In this document: piece after piece, positions 40,036 to 48,035 of the stretch
How the letters are laid out: each line of letters opens with the position of its first letter
How positions within the stretch are numbered: position 1 is the stretch's first letter
Source of the DNA: Niastella caeni
GTDB taxonomy: Bacteria > Bacteroidota > Bacteroidia > Chitinophagales > Chitinophagaceae
Reading direction: 5' to 3'
NCBI RefSeq assembly: GCF_004834005.1
Contig: NZ_STFF01000009.1
Coordinates: forward strand, 90,649-154,648
Length of the DNA stretch: 64,000 nt
Made by a program: the position numbers and the translations under genes
Notes under the pieces: model-generated
The model's input: the letters and a program-made list of their open reading frames with translations, nothing else
Databases searched by the model: none
What the model was told of the DNA's origin: nothing

Positions 40036-40542
40036 ATGCAACTGGAAGAAGCCCAACAACAATTCATTGCCAACTGGGGAGCATTCGGCTCACACTGGGG
40101 TATTAACCGCACCATGGCGCAAATTCATGCCCTGCTGCTCATTAGTCCCGATCCATTGAACCAGGACGATATCATGGTGAAACTGAACATCAGTCGCGGT
40201 AATGTGAATATGAATATCCGTGACCTCATCGACTGGGGACTGGTGAACCGCATATTGATCCCCGGTGAACGAAAAGAGTTCTTCTCAGCAGAAAAAGATA
40301 TCTGGAAAGTAGCCACGCAAATAGTGAAAGAACGTAAGAAAAGAGAGCTGGACCCGATGTTGCGCCTGTTAGACCAGTTAGAAGACGTGGAAGGCGATAA
40401 AAGTGATAAGCACATTAAACAATTCACAGAAACCGTGGGCAGCATCAGGCGCTTTGGCTTGCAGGCCGATAAAATGCTCGATGGGTTGGTGAAAGCCGAA
40501 GAAAACTGGTTTCTGGGCAACCTGATGAAAATGTTCAGGTAA
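40036..40542 (+). CDS. GbsR/MarR-family (COG1510-like) winged-helix transcriptional regulator
   Basis: Motif NISRGNVNMNIRDLIDWGLVNRI resembles the GbsR recognition helix/wing. Confidence 0.5.
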   Translation: MQLEEAQQQFIANWGAFGSHWGINRTMAQIHALLLISPDPLNQDDIMVKLNISRGNVNMNIRDLIDWGLVNRILIPGERKEFFSAEKDIWKVATQIVKERKKRELDPMLRLLDQLEDVEGDKSDKHIKQFTETVGSIRRFGLQADKMLDGLVKAEENWFLGNLMKMFR

Positions 40543-40678
40543 GCCCCCACTTACCTCGTTGCTGGTTGTGTGAGTAACAACAAATATTTCTTGCCTGCTG
40601 CCAGACAAGCAGGCTCCAATATATTAACCGGTTTACCGGTTTTTATTTGCCTTCATTATTTCATTAATTTCTGAAATT

Positions 40679-41515
40679 ATGGAAAACACAGACAAAATTC
40701 TTGTATACGATGATGAATGCCCACTTTGTGTAGCTTATACCAGCGCCTTTGTTAAAACAGGGTTGCTTACAACCGAAGGACGTAAACCCTTTTCAGCCGC
40801 CAGCCCCGAATTGTTACAAGCCATTAACTGGAAACGCAGCAAGGATGAAATTCCCCTGCTCGACCTCAATACCAAACAGGTATGGTATGGCATCGACGCG
40901 CTGTTGGAAATTTTAGGGCAAAAAATGCCGCTTATTATACCCATCGGCCGGTGCAAACCGGTGAACTGGTTCCTTAAAAGGCTGTACAGTTTTATTTCCT
41001 ACAATCGTAAAGTGATTGTAGCTGCTAAATCCTCGCCTTCAAAAATTGATTGCACGCCTTCTTTCAACCTGTTTTACCGGTCGCTTTTTTTGATCATATT
41101 CCTTATCGCCAATACCCTTATGTTGTACCCCGTACATCAGCACCTGTTATCGCAAATTCCCGGGTATTCACTAACTACCGGGCAGTTAATGGCACTACAT
41201 GGCGTTATAGTTGTCATCAATTGCATACTGGCGCTGTTCTTACCAAAACAAACAGCCTTTGAGTACCTGGGTCAGGTAAATATGCTCGCGCTGGTGACCC
41301 ATTTATTGCTGATCCCCTTACTGATCACTGATGCTTATTTAAATCCTGGCAGTTGGGTAAACTTTATGTACTTATCACTGCTTACCATTGTCATTTTTAA
41401 AGAATACTTCAGGCGCATGGATTATGCGAATATCCTTAGCCGGTACCGGCTGATAGTCTCCATTAACCTGGCATGCATTATTGGAATGTGCTTATGCCTG
41501 TTTGTGCCTTTTTAA
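40679..41515 (+). CDS. DCC1-like thiol-disulfide oxidoreductase (DUF393) domain fused to a multi-TM domain
   Basis: N-terminal LVYDDECPLCVAY (YDGxCxLC motif), then about 5 predicted TM helices. Confidence 0.5.
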   Translation: MENTDKILVYDDECPLCVAYTSAFVKTGLLTTEGRKPFSAASPELLQAINWKRSKDEIPLLDLNTKQVWYGIDALLEILGQKMPLIIPIGRCKPVNWFLKRLYSFISYNRKVIVAAKSSPSKIDCTPSFNLFYRSLFLIIFLIANTLMLYPVHQHLLSQIPGYSLTTGQLMALHGVIVVINCILALFLPKQTAFEYLGQVNMLALVTHLLLIPLLITDAYLNPGSWVNFMYLSLLTIVIFKEYFRRMDYANILSRYRLIVSINLACIIGMCLCLFVPF

Positions 41516-41548
41516 AAAATGAAGTGTTTGTAGCTACTTTTTATTGAA

Positions 41549-41666
41549 ATGAAAAATAGTCATTGCAGGTGGCACTGGTTTTATTGGCCAGGCAATGGCC
41601 CGCCATTTTGGAAAAGACAATCATGTAATAACGCATTGGAATAAGCGCTGGCAAACATATTCGTAA
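41549..41666 (+). pseudogene. 5' remnant of an NAD-dependent epimerase/dehydratase (SDR, TIGR01777/YfcH-like) gene, frameshifted at an A5 run after the ATG and truncated after about 38 codons
   Basis: Frame 2 reads KIVIAGGTGFIGQAMARHFGKDNHVITHWNKRWQTYS* (a Rossmann GGTGFIG N-terminus). The ATG at 41549 is in a different frame. Confidence 0.45.
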
Positions 41667-41832
41667 AACCCACAGGAAGAAATACCATCTATTCTGTATA
41701 TATCCGCGCTATGTTGATAGCAGTTACCAGTAGTAAAAACGCCAAAAACGATTGACACCCACTTTTTGTTTACCCGGAAATATTATAGTTTTACCAGGCA
41801 ACTATTTGGGTAAACAGGTTGTTGTATAGCAT

Positions 41833-42204
41833 ATGGAAGCAGGTAATAAAAAAACACTGGTATTAGGCGCTTCGGAAAACCCTTCGCGATATAGTTTTTT
41901 GGCTATAAACAAGTTACGCAGGCATCAACACCCCGTTGCCGCTATCGGCCGTAAAACAGGCCGGGTACTGGATGTTGATATTACAACCGAAAAAAAGCCC
42001 ATAGATACGGTAGATACAGTTACTTTATACCTGAACCCTACCCATCAAAAAGAATACTACGATTATATCCTATCACTGCGACCCAAACGCATTATTTTTA
42101 ATCCAGGTACAGAAAACGCTGAACTCTACGACCTTGCCAAAAGCAATGGTATTCAACCATTAGAAGCCTGCACGTTAGTGATGTTAAGTACAGGCCAGTA
42201 CTAA
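41833..42204 (+). CDS. CoA-binding domain protein (YccU-like)
   Basis: KTLVLGASENPSRYSFLAINKLRRHQHPVAAIG. Confidence 0.65.
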   Translation: MEAGNKKTLVLGASENPSRYSFLAINKLRRHQHPVAAIGRKTGRVLDVDITTEKKPIDTVDTVTLYLNPTHQKEYYDYILSLRPKRIIFNPGTENAELYDLAKSNGIQPLEACTLVMLSTGQY

Positions 42205-42383
42205 GTGGCGATGGTAAATACCCTTAGTATAAGCCATATTTAAACACTCATAACTTTCGATTATATCCCCACTGTAAAATAACCGCATATCATTTGCGTT
42301 TTATCTTTGTATTGAAAACAAGAGAACGTAGTTATACCCTAAGATCCGTACCAACTTAATCCGAATATCAAAAACCGTACATT

Positions 42384-42842
42384 ATGAAAAACCTGAATGC
42401 TGCAGGGCTCTTAGTTGCTTGCATTTTTGCATTTCAAACACTATCCGCCCAGCAACAACCAATTACCCAGAAGCCTGCTTTGAATAAGGCTTTGTCGCTT
42501 GCACAACTTCCCGAAAAGCTGGAATGTAACCTTCCGGCGTTGAAAAAGATTTCTTCTACCCGTATATCTGAGCATGTAGCGCTGGCGCTCGGCAATTATG
42601 AATTTGCCGGTGAAGTTGTTGACAGAACACAACAGTCGGCCGGTGTTATGAGCATGAACATCCGTTCAACCAATATACCCGGTGCTTTTTGCACGGTATC
42701 GGTTATTACGGATGCCGACAATACGCAAAAGCTGGTGGGTAGAATTATTAACCCTAAGTCGGACGACGTGCTGGTGCTAACGGAAGAAAACAACCGATAT
42801 TTCTGGGTAAAGCAGCCAAAACAGTTTTTCATGGTTGAATAA
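42384..42842 (+). CDS. Hypothetical secreted protein
   Basis: Signal peptide MKNLNAAGLLVACIFAFQTLSAQ; no recognisable motif. Confidence 0.3.
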   Translation: MKNLNAAGLLVACIFAFQTLSAQQQPITQKPALNKALSLAQLPEKLECNLPALKKISSTRISEHVALALGNYEFAGEVVDRTQQSAGVMSMNIRSTNIPGAFCTVSVITDADNTQKLVGRIINPKSDDVLVLTEENNRYFWVKQPKQFFMVE

Positions 42843-42913
42843 CCATTTTGATCGCATAACCTTTTTAACCTTTGAACACTATTTAACTTAACCTTCCAAA
42901 TCCATCTGATCCA

Positions 42914-44512
42914 ATGAAAACCATTCTATCCGTCCTTTTTGGACTATCTGTTGCGATAGGGACAACTGCCCAGGTTCCCTTATTAAACAGCTACCCATCG
43001 GCCAGGGCCACCATTTTCCTGGACTTTGACGGACAATACGTAACCGGTACCTCCTGGAACTGGAGCGGTCCCATTAATGCCCAACCTTCGGGCTTTTCTG
43101 TCGATGGAATGACCCAGATCTTTAACCGGGTATCGGAAGACTACCGGATCTTCAACATTAACGTAACCACCGACTCTACCATATATGCAGCAGCGCCTGC
43201 AAGGCAACGCATACGGGTGATCATTACCCCAACTTACCAATGGTATGGCAGCGTAGGCGGTATCGCCTTCGTTGGCTCCTTTGCCTGGGGCGATAATACA
43301 CCATGCTGGGTATTCAGCAGTTTATTAGGTAATAATGCCAAATATGTAGCAGAAGCTGTTTCTCACGAAGCTGGTCATACGCTGGGTTTACAACACCAAA
43401 GCGCCTACTCTCCTGCTTGCGCAAAAACAGAATACAACCCCGGGAATGGTACCGGCGAAACCAGTTGGGCGCCTATTATGGGTGTAGGTTATTATAAAAA
43501 CCTTACTACCTGGCACTATGGCACCAACACGTACGCCTGTAACTATTACCAGGATGACCTGGCCATCATATCTAATGGAACAAATAACTTTGGATACCGT
43601 ACCGATGATATTGGTGATCTGCATACCAATGCCACTTCCGTTGGCTTTACAACTACCGGCTTTACAACTACCGGCTTAATTAATAGTGGTGCAGACAAAG
43701 ATGTTTTCAAATTCACCCTTTCCTCACCAACCTACATACACCTGAGCGCTGTTCCGCAAAATGTAGGAACCGTAGGGATCTATAGCAACGCAGGAGCCAA
43801 CCTGGATATCAAATTGAGTTTACTCGACTATAAAGGAGACACAATTGCTAAATATAGTCCAGACAACATGGTAACTGCAGGGCTCGACAGCAACCTGAAC
43901 AACGGCACGTATTACGTAGTTGTAGAAGGCACAGCGAATGCTAACCTCGTTGATAACAGCAGTGTGGGATATTATTCAATCGCTGCTTCACCCATAACCA
44001 CTTTACCTATTCACCGATTGACCTTATCGGGTAAAGCAACTGGCGGCATGCACAACCTGAACTGGGTGTTTGAAGCAGATGAAGATGTTAAACATATTAT
44101 CATCGAGAGCTCAAATGATGGTGTTCATTTTGAAACCCTGGCCCAGGTAAGTGAAGCAACAAAAACATTCTCGTGGAAGCCATTGACCGATAATGCCCCA
44201 TTTTATCGCATCAGGGTAGTTACTACTGCCGATGACAGATCTTATTACTCCAATATTATTACCTTACGCGAGCGCGGTGATGCAAATGCCACTGTAAGAG
44301 TAATGAACACAATAGTTTCTAACTCAATAGTGGTGAATGCCGATAAAGAATGCAATTACCAGGTTGTGGATGGAACCGGCCGCCTGTTACAACGCGGACA
44401 ACTGATTTCGGGAACAAATAACATTGATATAACAACTGCACAGAAAGGCCTGATACTGCTACGTGTACAAGGCGTTCAGGAGACTACCACCTGGAAATTA
44501 GTAAAACAATAA
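42914..44512 (+). CDS. Secreted metzincin-type zinc metalloprotease with a T9SS C-terminal sorting domain
   Basis: HEAGHTLGLQH (HExxHxxGxxH); C-terminal roughly 80 aa match the Por secretion C-terminal domain (CTD) pattern (...GLILLRVQGVQETTTWKLVKQ). Confidence 0.65.
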   Translation: MKTILSVLFGLSVAIGTTAQVPLLNSYPSARATIFLDFDGQYVTGTSWNWSGPINAQPSGFSVDGMTQIFNRVSEDYRIFNINVTTDSTIYAAAPARQRIRVIITPTYQWYGSVGGIAFVGSFAWGDNTPCWVFSSLLGNNAKYVAEAVSHEAGHTLGLQHQSAYSPACAKTEYNPGNGTGETSWAPIMGVGYYKNLTTWHYGTNTYACNYYQDDLAIISNGTNNFGYRTDDIGDLHTNATSVGFTTTGFTTTGLINSGADKDVFKFTLSSPTYIHLSAVPQNVGTVGIYSNAGANLDIKLSLLDYKGDTIAKYSPDNMVTAGLDSNLNNGTYYVVVEGTANANLVDNSSVGYYSIAASPITTLPIHRLTLSGKATGGMHNLNWVFEADEDVKHIIIESSNDGVHFETLAQVSEATKTFSWKPLTDNAPFYRIRVVTTADDRSYYSNIITLRERGDANATVRVMNTIVSNSIVVNADKECNYQVVDGTGRLLQRGQLISGTNNIDITTAQKGLILLRVQGVQETTTWKLVKQ

Positions 44513-44571
44513 TAACCATATGATTTGGTGAAAAACGGGTTTTTCGGTAAATTCGAAAAACCCGTTTCACT

Positions 44572-45048
44572 ATGATGTTATGGAGAAAATTTAATGGCGA
44601 CCCGATTGACTTGCCAATTATCGATGCCGTTGAAAATGCTATCAAACGCGAAACTGAAAAGGGATATCACCTTAAAGTTTGCATCGGTACCGATTCTCAG
44701 GTAAAGGGTGTTGAAACAGAATTTGCTACCGTAATTGTTTTCCTGCGCGAAGGACATGGTGGTTTTATGTTCATTCACAATGAAAAAACCAGGAAGCAGT
44801 ACAGTATCAAAGAAAGAATGCTGGTAGAAGTGGCTAAAAGCATCGAGATTGCTTACGACCTCTGTCACCTGTTCAACCTGTATAATGTAGATATGGAGGT
44901 TCATGCGGACATTAATACCAATCCGCATTTCAAAAGCAATGATGCCCTTAAAGAAGCCATGGGCTACATTCTGGGGATGGGCTTTGCCTTTAAAGCCAAA
45001 CCGGAAGCTTTCGCCAGCAGTAGCTGTGCCAACAAAGTAGTAAACTGA
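44572..45048 (+). CDS. DUF458 / YkuK-family RNase H-like protein
   Basis: Recognised family resemblance only (CIGTDSQ...FATVIVF). Confidence 0.4.
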   Translation: MMLWRKFNGDPIDLPIIDAVENAIKRETEKGYHLKVCIGTDSQVKGVETEFATVIVFLREGHGGFMFIHNEKTRKQYSIKERMLVEVAKSIEIAYDLCHLFNLYNVDMEVHADINTNPHFKSNDALKEAMGYILGMGFAFKAKPEAFASSSCANKVVN

Positions 45049-45168
45049 TAACCCTCACGCTGTAAACGGAGGGTTTTTTAATGTTCAGTTGTGAAGTTTT
45101 CACAACTCGAGGATTTGTCGCCTTATGAAGAAAAGCTACAAGCCGCAAGCTTCAAACAGAACCACGAA

Positions 45169-45891
45169 CTAAGAACGTTCTTCTTTCCCTGCCGCATTGA
45201 ATTCTACATTACATTCATCTATAAACTGCAGCATCTTATCGCGCCCCATTTTTTTAATGGCGCTGGTTACAAAATGTCGCGGTAAGAATTGCCAGGTTTC
45301 CCGCATGGCATCTAAGAACGCCTTCACATTCTTGCTCACTTCTTTTTGTGTTTCTTTATCGGCTTTTGTAAACACCAGGCTGAACGGAATTTCCCATTCG
45401 CCCAACTGGTTTACAAAATCAAGATCTAATTTTTGCGGACTGTGCCGGCTATCGATCAGCACAAATACAGTTAACAGGTTTTCGCGTTTGCGCAGGTAAT
45501 CCTCAATCATTTTCTCCCATGATTTTCGCTGCGATTGCGACACTTTGGCGAATCCATAACCTGGCAGGTCTACAAGATACCAGGCATCAACCCGGCCATC
45601 CCGATGCGATGGGGGAGAATAAGATCCTTTGCCTCCAGTGGTTGGGGAAGCAGCTTTTCCGCCTTCCGAACCCGGGCTTGGGAGGCTTTTTATATCAAAA
45701 TGATTGATCATTTGAGTTTTTCCGGGTGATCCCGAAGTTTTTGCCAGCTTATGGTTATCACAAAGCATATTGATCACCGAAGATTTGCCCACATTACTGC
45801 GCCCAATAAAAGCATATTCGGGCCGGTCGGGCTTTGGACATTTGGTGTAATCCGGGCTACTGATGAGGTAGGAGGCTGATTGAATGATCAT
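45169..45891 (-). CDS. engB: Ribosome-biogenesis GTPase EngB/YsxC (probable start MIIQSAS). It carries a roughly 35-aa Gly/Ser/Pro-rich insertion between G2 and G3.
   Basis: G1 GRSNVGKSS and G3 DLPGYG; insertion KSLPSPGSEGGKAASPTTGGKGSYSPPSHRDGRVDA. Confidence 0.7.
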   Translation of the reverse strand: MIIQSASYLISSPDYTKCPKPDRPEYAFIGRSNVGKSSVINMLCDNHKLAKTSGSPGKTQMINHFDIKSLPSPGSEGGKAASPTTGGKGSYSPPSHRDGRVDAWYLVDLPGYGFAKVSQSQRKSWEKMIEDYLRKRENLLTVFVLIDSRHSPQKLDLDFVNQLGEWEIPFSLVFTKADKETQKEVSKNVKAFLDAMRETWQFLPRHFVTSAIKKMGRDKMLQFIDECNVEFNAAGKEERS

Positions 45892-45902
45892 GCTGCAAGA
45901 TA

Positions 45903-46030
45903 GAACTAGTTTGTGGTTTGAGGTTTGTGGTTTGTAGTTCTTTAAATTCAGGCTTCCAGACACCATTCGGAGTCGCTGAAAATCCGGAGGCCAACAACAA
46001 ACCATAAACTACAAACTATAAACTATATTT
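45903..46030. repeat. Inverted pair of GTTTGTGGTTTG / CAAACCATAAAC-type repeat blocks in the divergent engB-ubiE region
   Basis: GAACTAGTTTGTGGTTTGAGGTTTGTGGTTTGTAGTTC ... AACAACAAACCATAAACTACAAACTATAAACTATA. Confidence 0.6.
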
Positions 46031-46037
46031 GCCGCCC

Positions 46038-46790
46038 ATGTCGAAATATTCACACGATGATATAGTGCCGTTCAACGAATCGAACCAGAGCAAAAAAGAG
46101 CAGGTAGCGGCCATGTTTGACCAAATTGCCTTCCGGTACGATTTCCTGAATCGCTTTTTGTCAGGCGGTATTGATGTATCCTGGCGCAAGCGGGCTATTG
46201 GCGAACTGAAAGAAATTCAACCCCGCATAGTGCTGGATGTGGCTACCGGTACGGCTGATGTTGCCATTATGACATGGAAATACCTTCGTCCGGAGAAGAT
46301 CATTGGTATAGATATTTCGGAAGGAATGCTCAATTTGGGGCGTCAGAAGATTGATAAATTATTGCTATCTAAGCAAATAGAATTGTTAAAGGGCGATAGC
46401 GAGGCAATAAACTTTCCCAACGAAACGTTTGATGCAATTACCGTAGCCTTTGGTGTGCGGAACTTCGAAAACCTCGAAAAGGGACTGTCCGAAATGTTCC
46501 GCGTATTAAAGCCTGGCGGCAAAGTAGTGATCCTTGAATTTTCGAAACCCCGTAAAATGGGCTTCAAAAGTTTATATAATCTGTACATGAATATCGTTGC
46601 ACCGCGTGCGGGGCAATGGCTGTCGAAAAACAAAGACGCGTACAAGTATTTAAATCAATCAGTTAAAGCATTTCCCGAAGGCGAAACATTTTTACATATT
46701 TTACAACAAGTTGGGTTTTCACATACCTCACTAAAACGGCTGAGTTTAGGAATATGTACAATTTATTGCGGCAGAAAAAAAGCCAGTTAA
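46038..46790 (+). CDS. ubiE: Demethylmenaquinone/ubiquinone methyltransferase (UbiE/MenG). ATG start; a TTG at 46029 is also possible.
   Basis: MFDQIAFRYDFLNRFLSGGIDVSWRK...VLDVATGTADVA, typical UbiE. Confidence 0.85.
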   Translation: MSKYSHDDIVPFNESNQSKKEQVAAMFDQIAFRYDFLNRFLSGGIDVSWRKRAIGELKEIQPRIVLDVATGTADVAIMTWKYLRPEKIIGIDISEGMLNLGRQKIDKLLLSKQIELLKGDSEAINFPNETFDAITVAFGVRNFENLEKGLSEMFRVLKPGGKVVILEFSKPRKMGFKSLYNLYMNIVAPRAGQWLSKNKDAYKYLNQSVKAFPEGETFLHILQQVGFSHTSLKRLSLGICTIYCGRKKAS

Positions 46791-47503
46791 AAGTTTGGGC
46801 AGCAGGGCTAATGCTTATGGTCGCCTCACAACAGGTAAGCGCTCAATTAAGAGACCAGTTAAATCTTCCTGACCATGATAGTAAAAGATACTATCTGGGC
46901 ATCGGGCTTATTTATAATAATTCCCGGTTCCAGGTAAGCCAACACAGTTCGTTCTTACAAAACGATAGTGTTATGGTAACAGAACCGGAAAATATCGGCG
47001 GGTTTGGTTTGGCAGGGATGCATACCTTACGCATCTCCCCCCGGTTCGAGATCCGGGCCATTTTCCCCCAGTTATTATTTGCGTACAAGAATCTCACCTA
47101 CCATATAAAATATCCTGATGCGAGCAAGAACGAGCAAACCGTTATGACCAAACGGGTTGAAAGTATTTTACTCGGCCTGCCCGTGCATCTGAAATTCCGC
47201 AGCGATCGCATTGGCAATTTCAGGGTATACATGTTCGGTGGCGCCAAGTTCGAATATGACCTGGCTTCCAACTCCACCGCCCGTAAGGCCGAAGACCTGG
47301 TAAAGCTGACCAAATACGATTTTGGGGTAGAAGCCGGTATCGGGTTCAATTTTTATTTCCCGGTATTTATTCTGTCGCCAGAGATCAAGGTCAGCAATGG
47401 GATCTCGAATATCCACTCACGTGATGTAAATCTTAAATATTCCAGTGCTATTGACAAGCTGAACTCCCGGATGATCGTTTTCTCGCTGATATTTGAAGGT
47501 TAA
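46754..47503 (+). CDS. PorT-family outer-membrane beta-barrel protein
   Basis: Signal peptide; roughly 240-aa beta-barrel pattern; the ubiE-porT neighbourhood is conserved in Bacteroidota. Confidence 0.45.
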   Translation: MYNLLRQKKSQLKVWAAGLMLMVASQQVSAQLRDQLNLPDHDSKRYYLGIGLIYNNSRFQVSQHSSFLQNDSVMVTEPENIGGFGLAGMHTLRISPRFEIRAIFPQLLFAYKNLTYHIKYPDASKNEQTVMTKRVESILLGLPVHLKFRSDRIGNFRVYMFGGAKFEYDLASNSTARKAEDLVKLTKYDFGVEAGIGFNFYFPVFILSPEIKVSNGISNIHSRDVNLKYSSAIDKLNSRMIVFSLIFEG

Positions 47504-47616
47504 TGCAGTGCAGGCTGGGGTAACTTACAGGTTGAAGTAATTCTTCCAACGGAATGGCTTACTATTTATGGAATTTCACATTCCGTTGTATCTTACTATT
47601 CTCACAACCCCGTTAT

Positions 47617-47964
47617 ATGAAAAAACCCCTGCTCATTATGGCCTGTTGGCAACCCTTATTTATGCCTGTAACCAAAGCGGTAAAACGTTTAATTCCCTGC
47701 TCAATACCGGCAAATTACCAACGCAATTATTCAGCATCGACATAACAAAAGACACTACCCTGGTTACAAAGAACGGGGGGCCTGCAACTCAGCGACATTA
47801 CCTTTAAAGTTGATGATGCCAAAAACGCAACAGAGTTAAGAACAGCCATAAAAGAATTAAAGAACGCAGAGCAGCTTAAACCGAAGAATTGCGATTGTGA
47901 TTGTTTTACAAAGGAGGCTGAGGATTGGACACAAATAAAGGATAGTATACCCAACCTATACTAA
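47617..47964 (+). pseudogene. Small lipoprotein-like gene readable only across two compensating frameshifts, at A6C4 (47620-47629) and G6 (47775-47780)
   Basis: ATG-AAA-AAA at 47617 is in frame B. The middle segment (TPAHYGLLATLIYACNQSGK...TKNGG) is open in frame A. The C-terminal segment (LQLSDITFKVDDAKNATELRTAIKELKNAEQLKPKNCDCDCFTKEAEDWTQIKDSIPNLY) is open in frame B and ends at the bidirectional terminator. Confidence 0.35.
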
Positions 47965-47978
47965 ATTTTTTATCCTAT

Positions 47979-48016
47979 AAAGAAGAGGCCATAACTGTTG
48001 CTATGGCCTCTTCTTT
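47979..48016. terminator. Bidirectional terminator: perfect 15-bp stem (AAAGAAGAGGCCATA / TATGGCCTCTTCTTT) with an 8-nt loop
   Basis: Seen directly, between the convergent small-gene stop at 47962-64 and the giant T9SS gene stop at 48036. Confidence 0.7.
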
Positions 48017-48035
48017 ATGTTTCAGCACTTTACTG

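Noticed and set aside
40125-40608. Antisense ORFs (141 and 76 aa) opposite the GbsR-like regulator
   Set aside because: No motifs. They overlap a gene with a recognisable winged-helix signature.
47568-47807. 79-aa ORF taken at face value as an intact small gene
   Set aside because: It is not fully rejected, but its N-terminus lacks a convincing start context. The flanking frames (the ATG at 47617 and the 60-codon open frame ending at the terminator) fit a longer frameshifted gene better, so it is reported as a finding instead.
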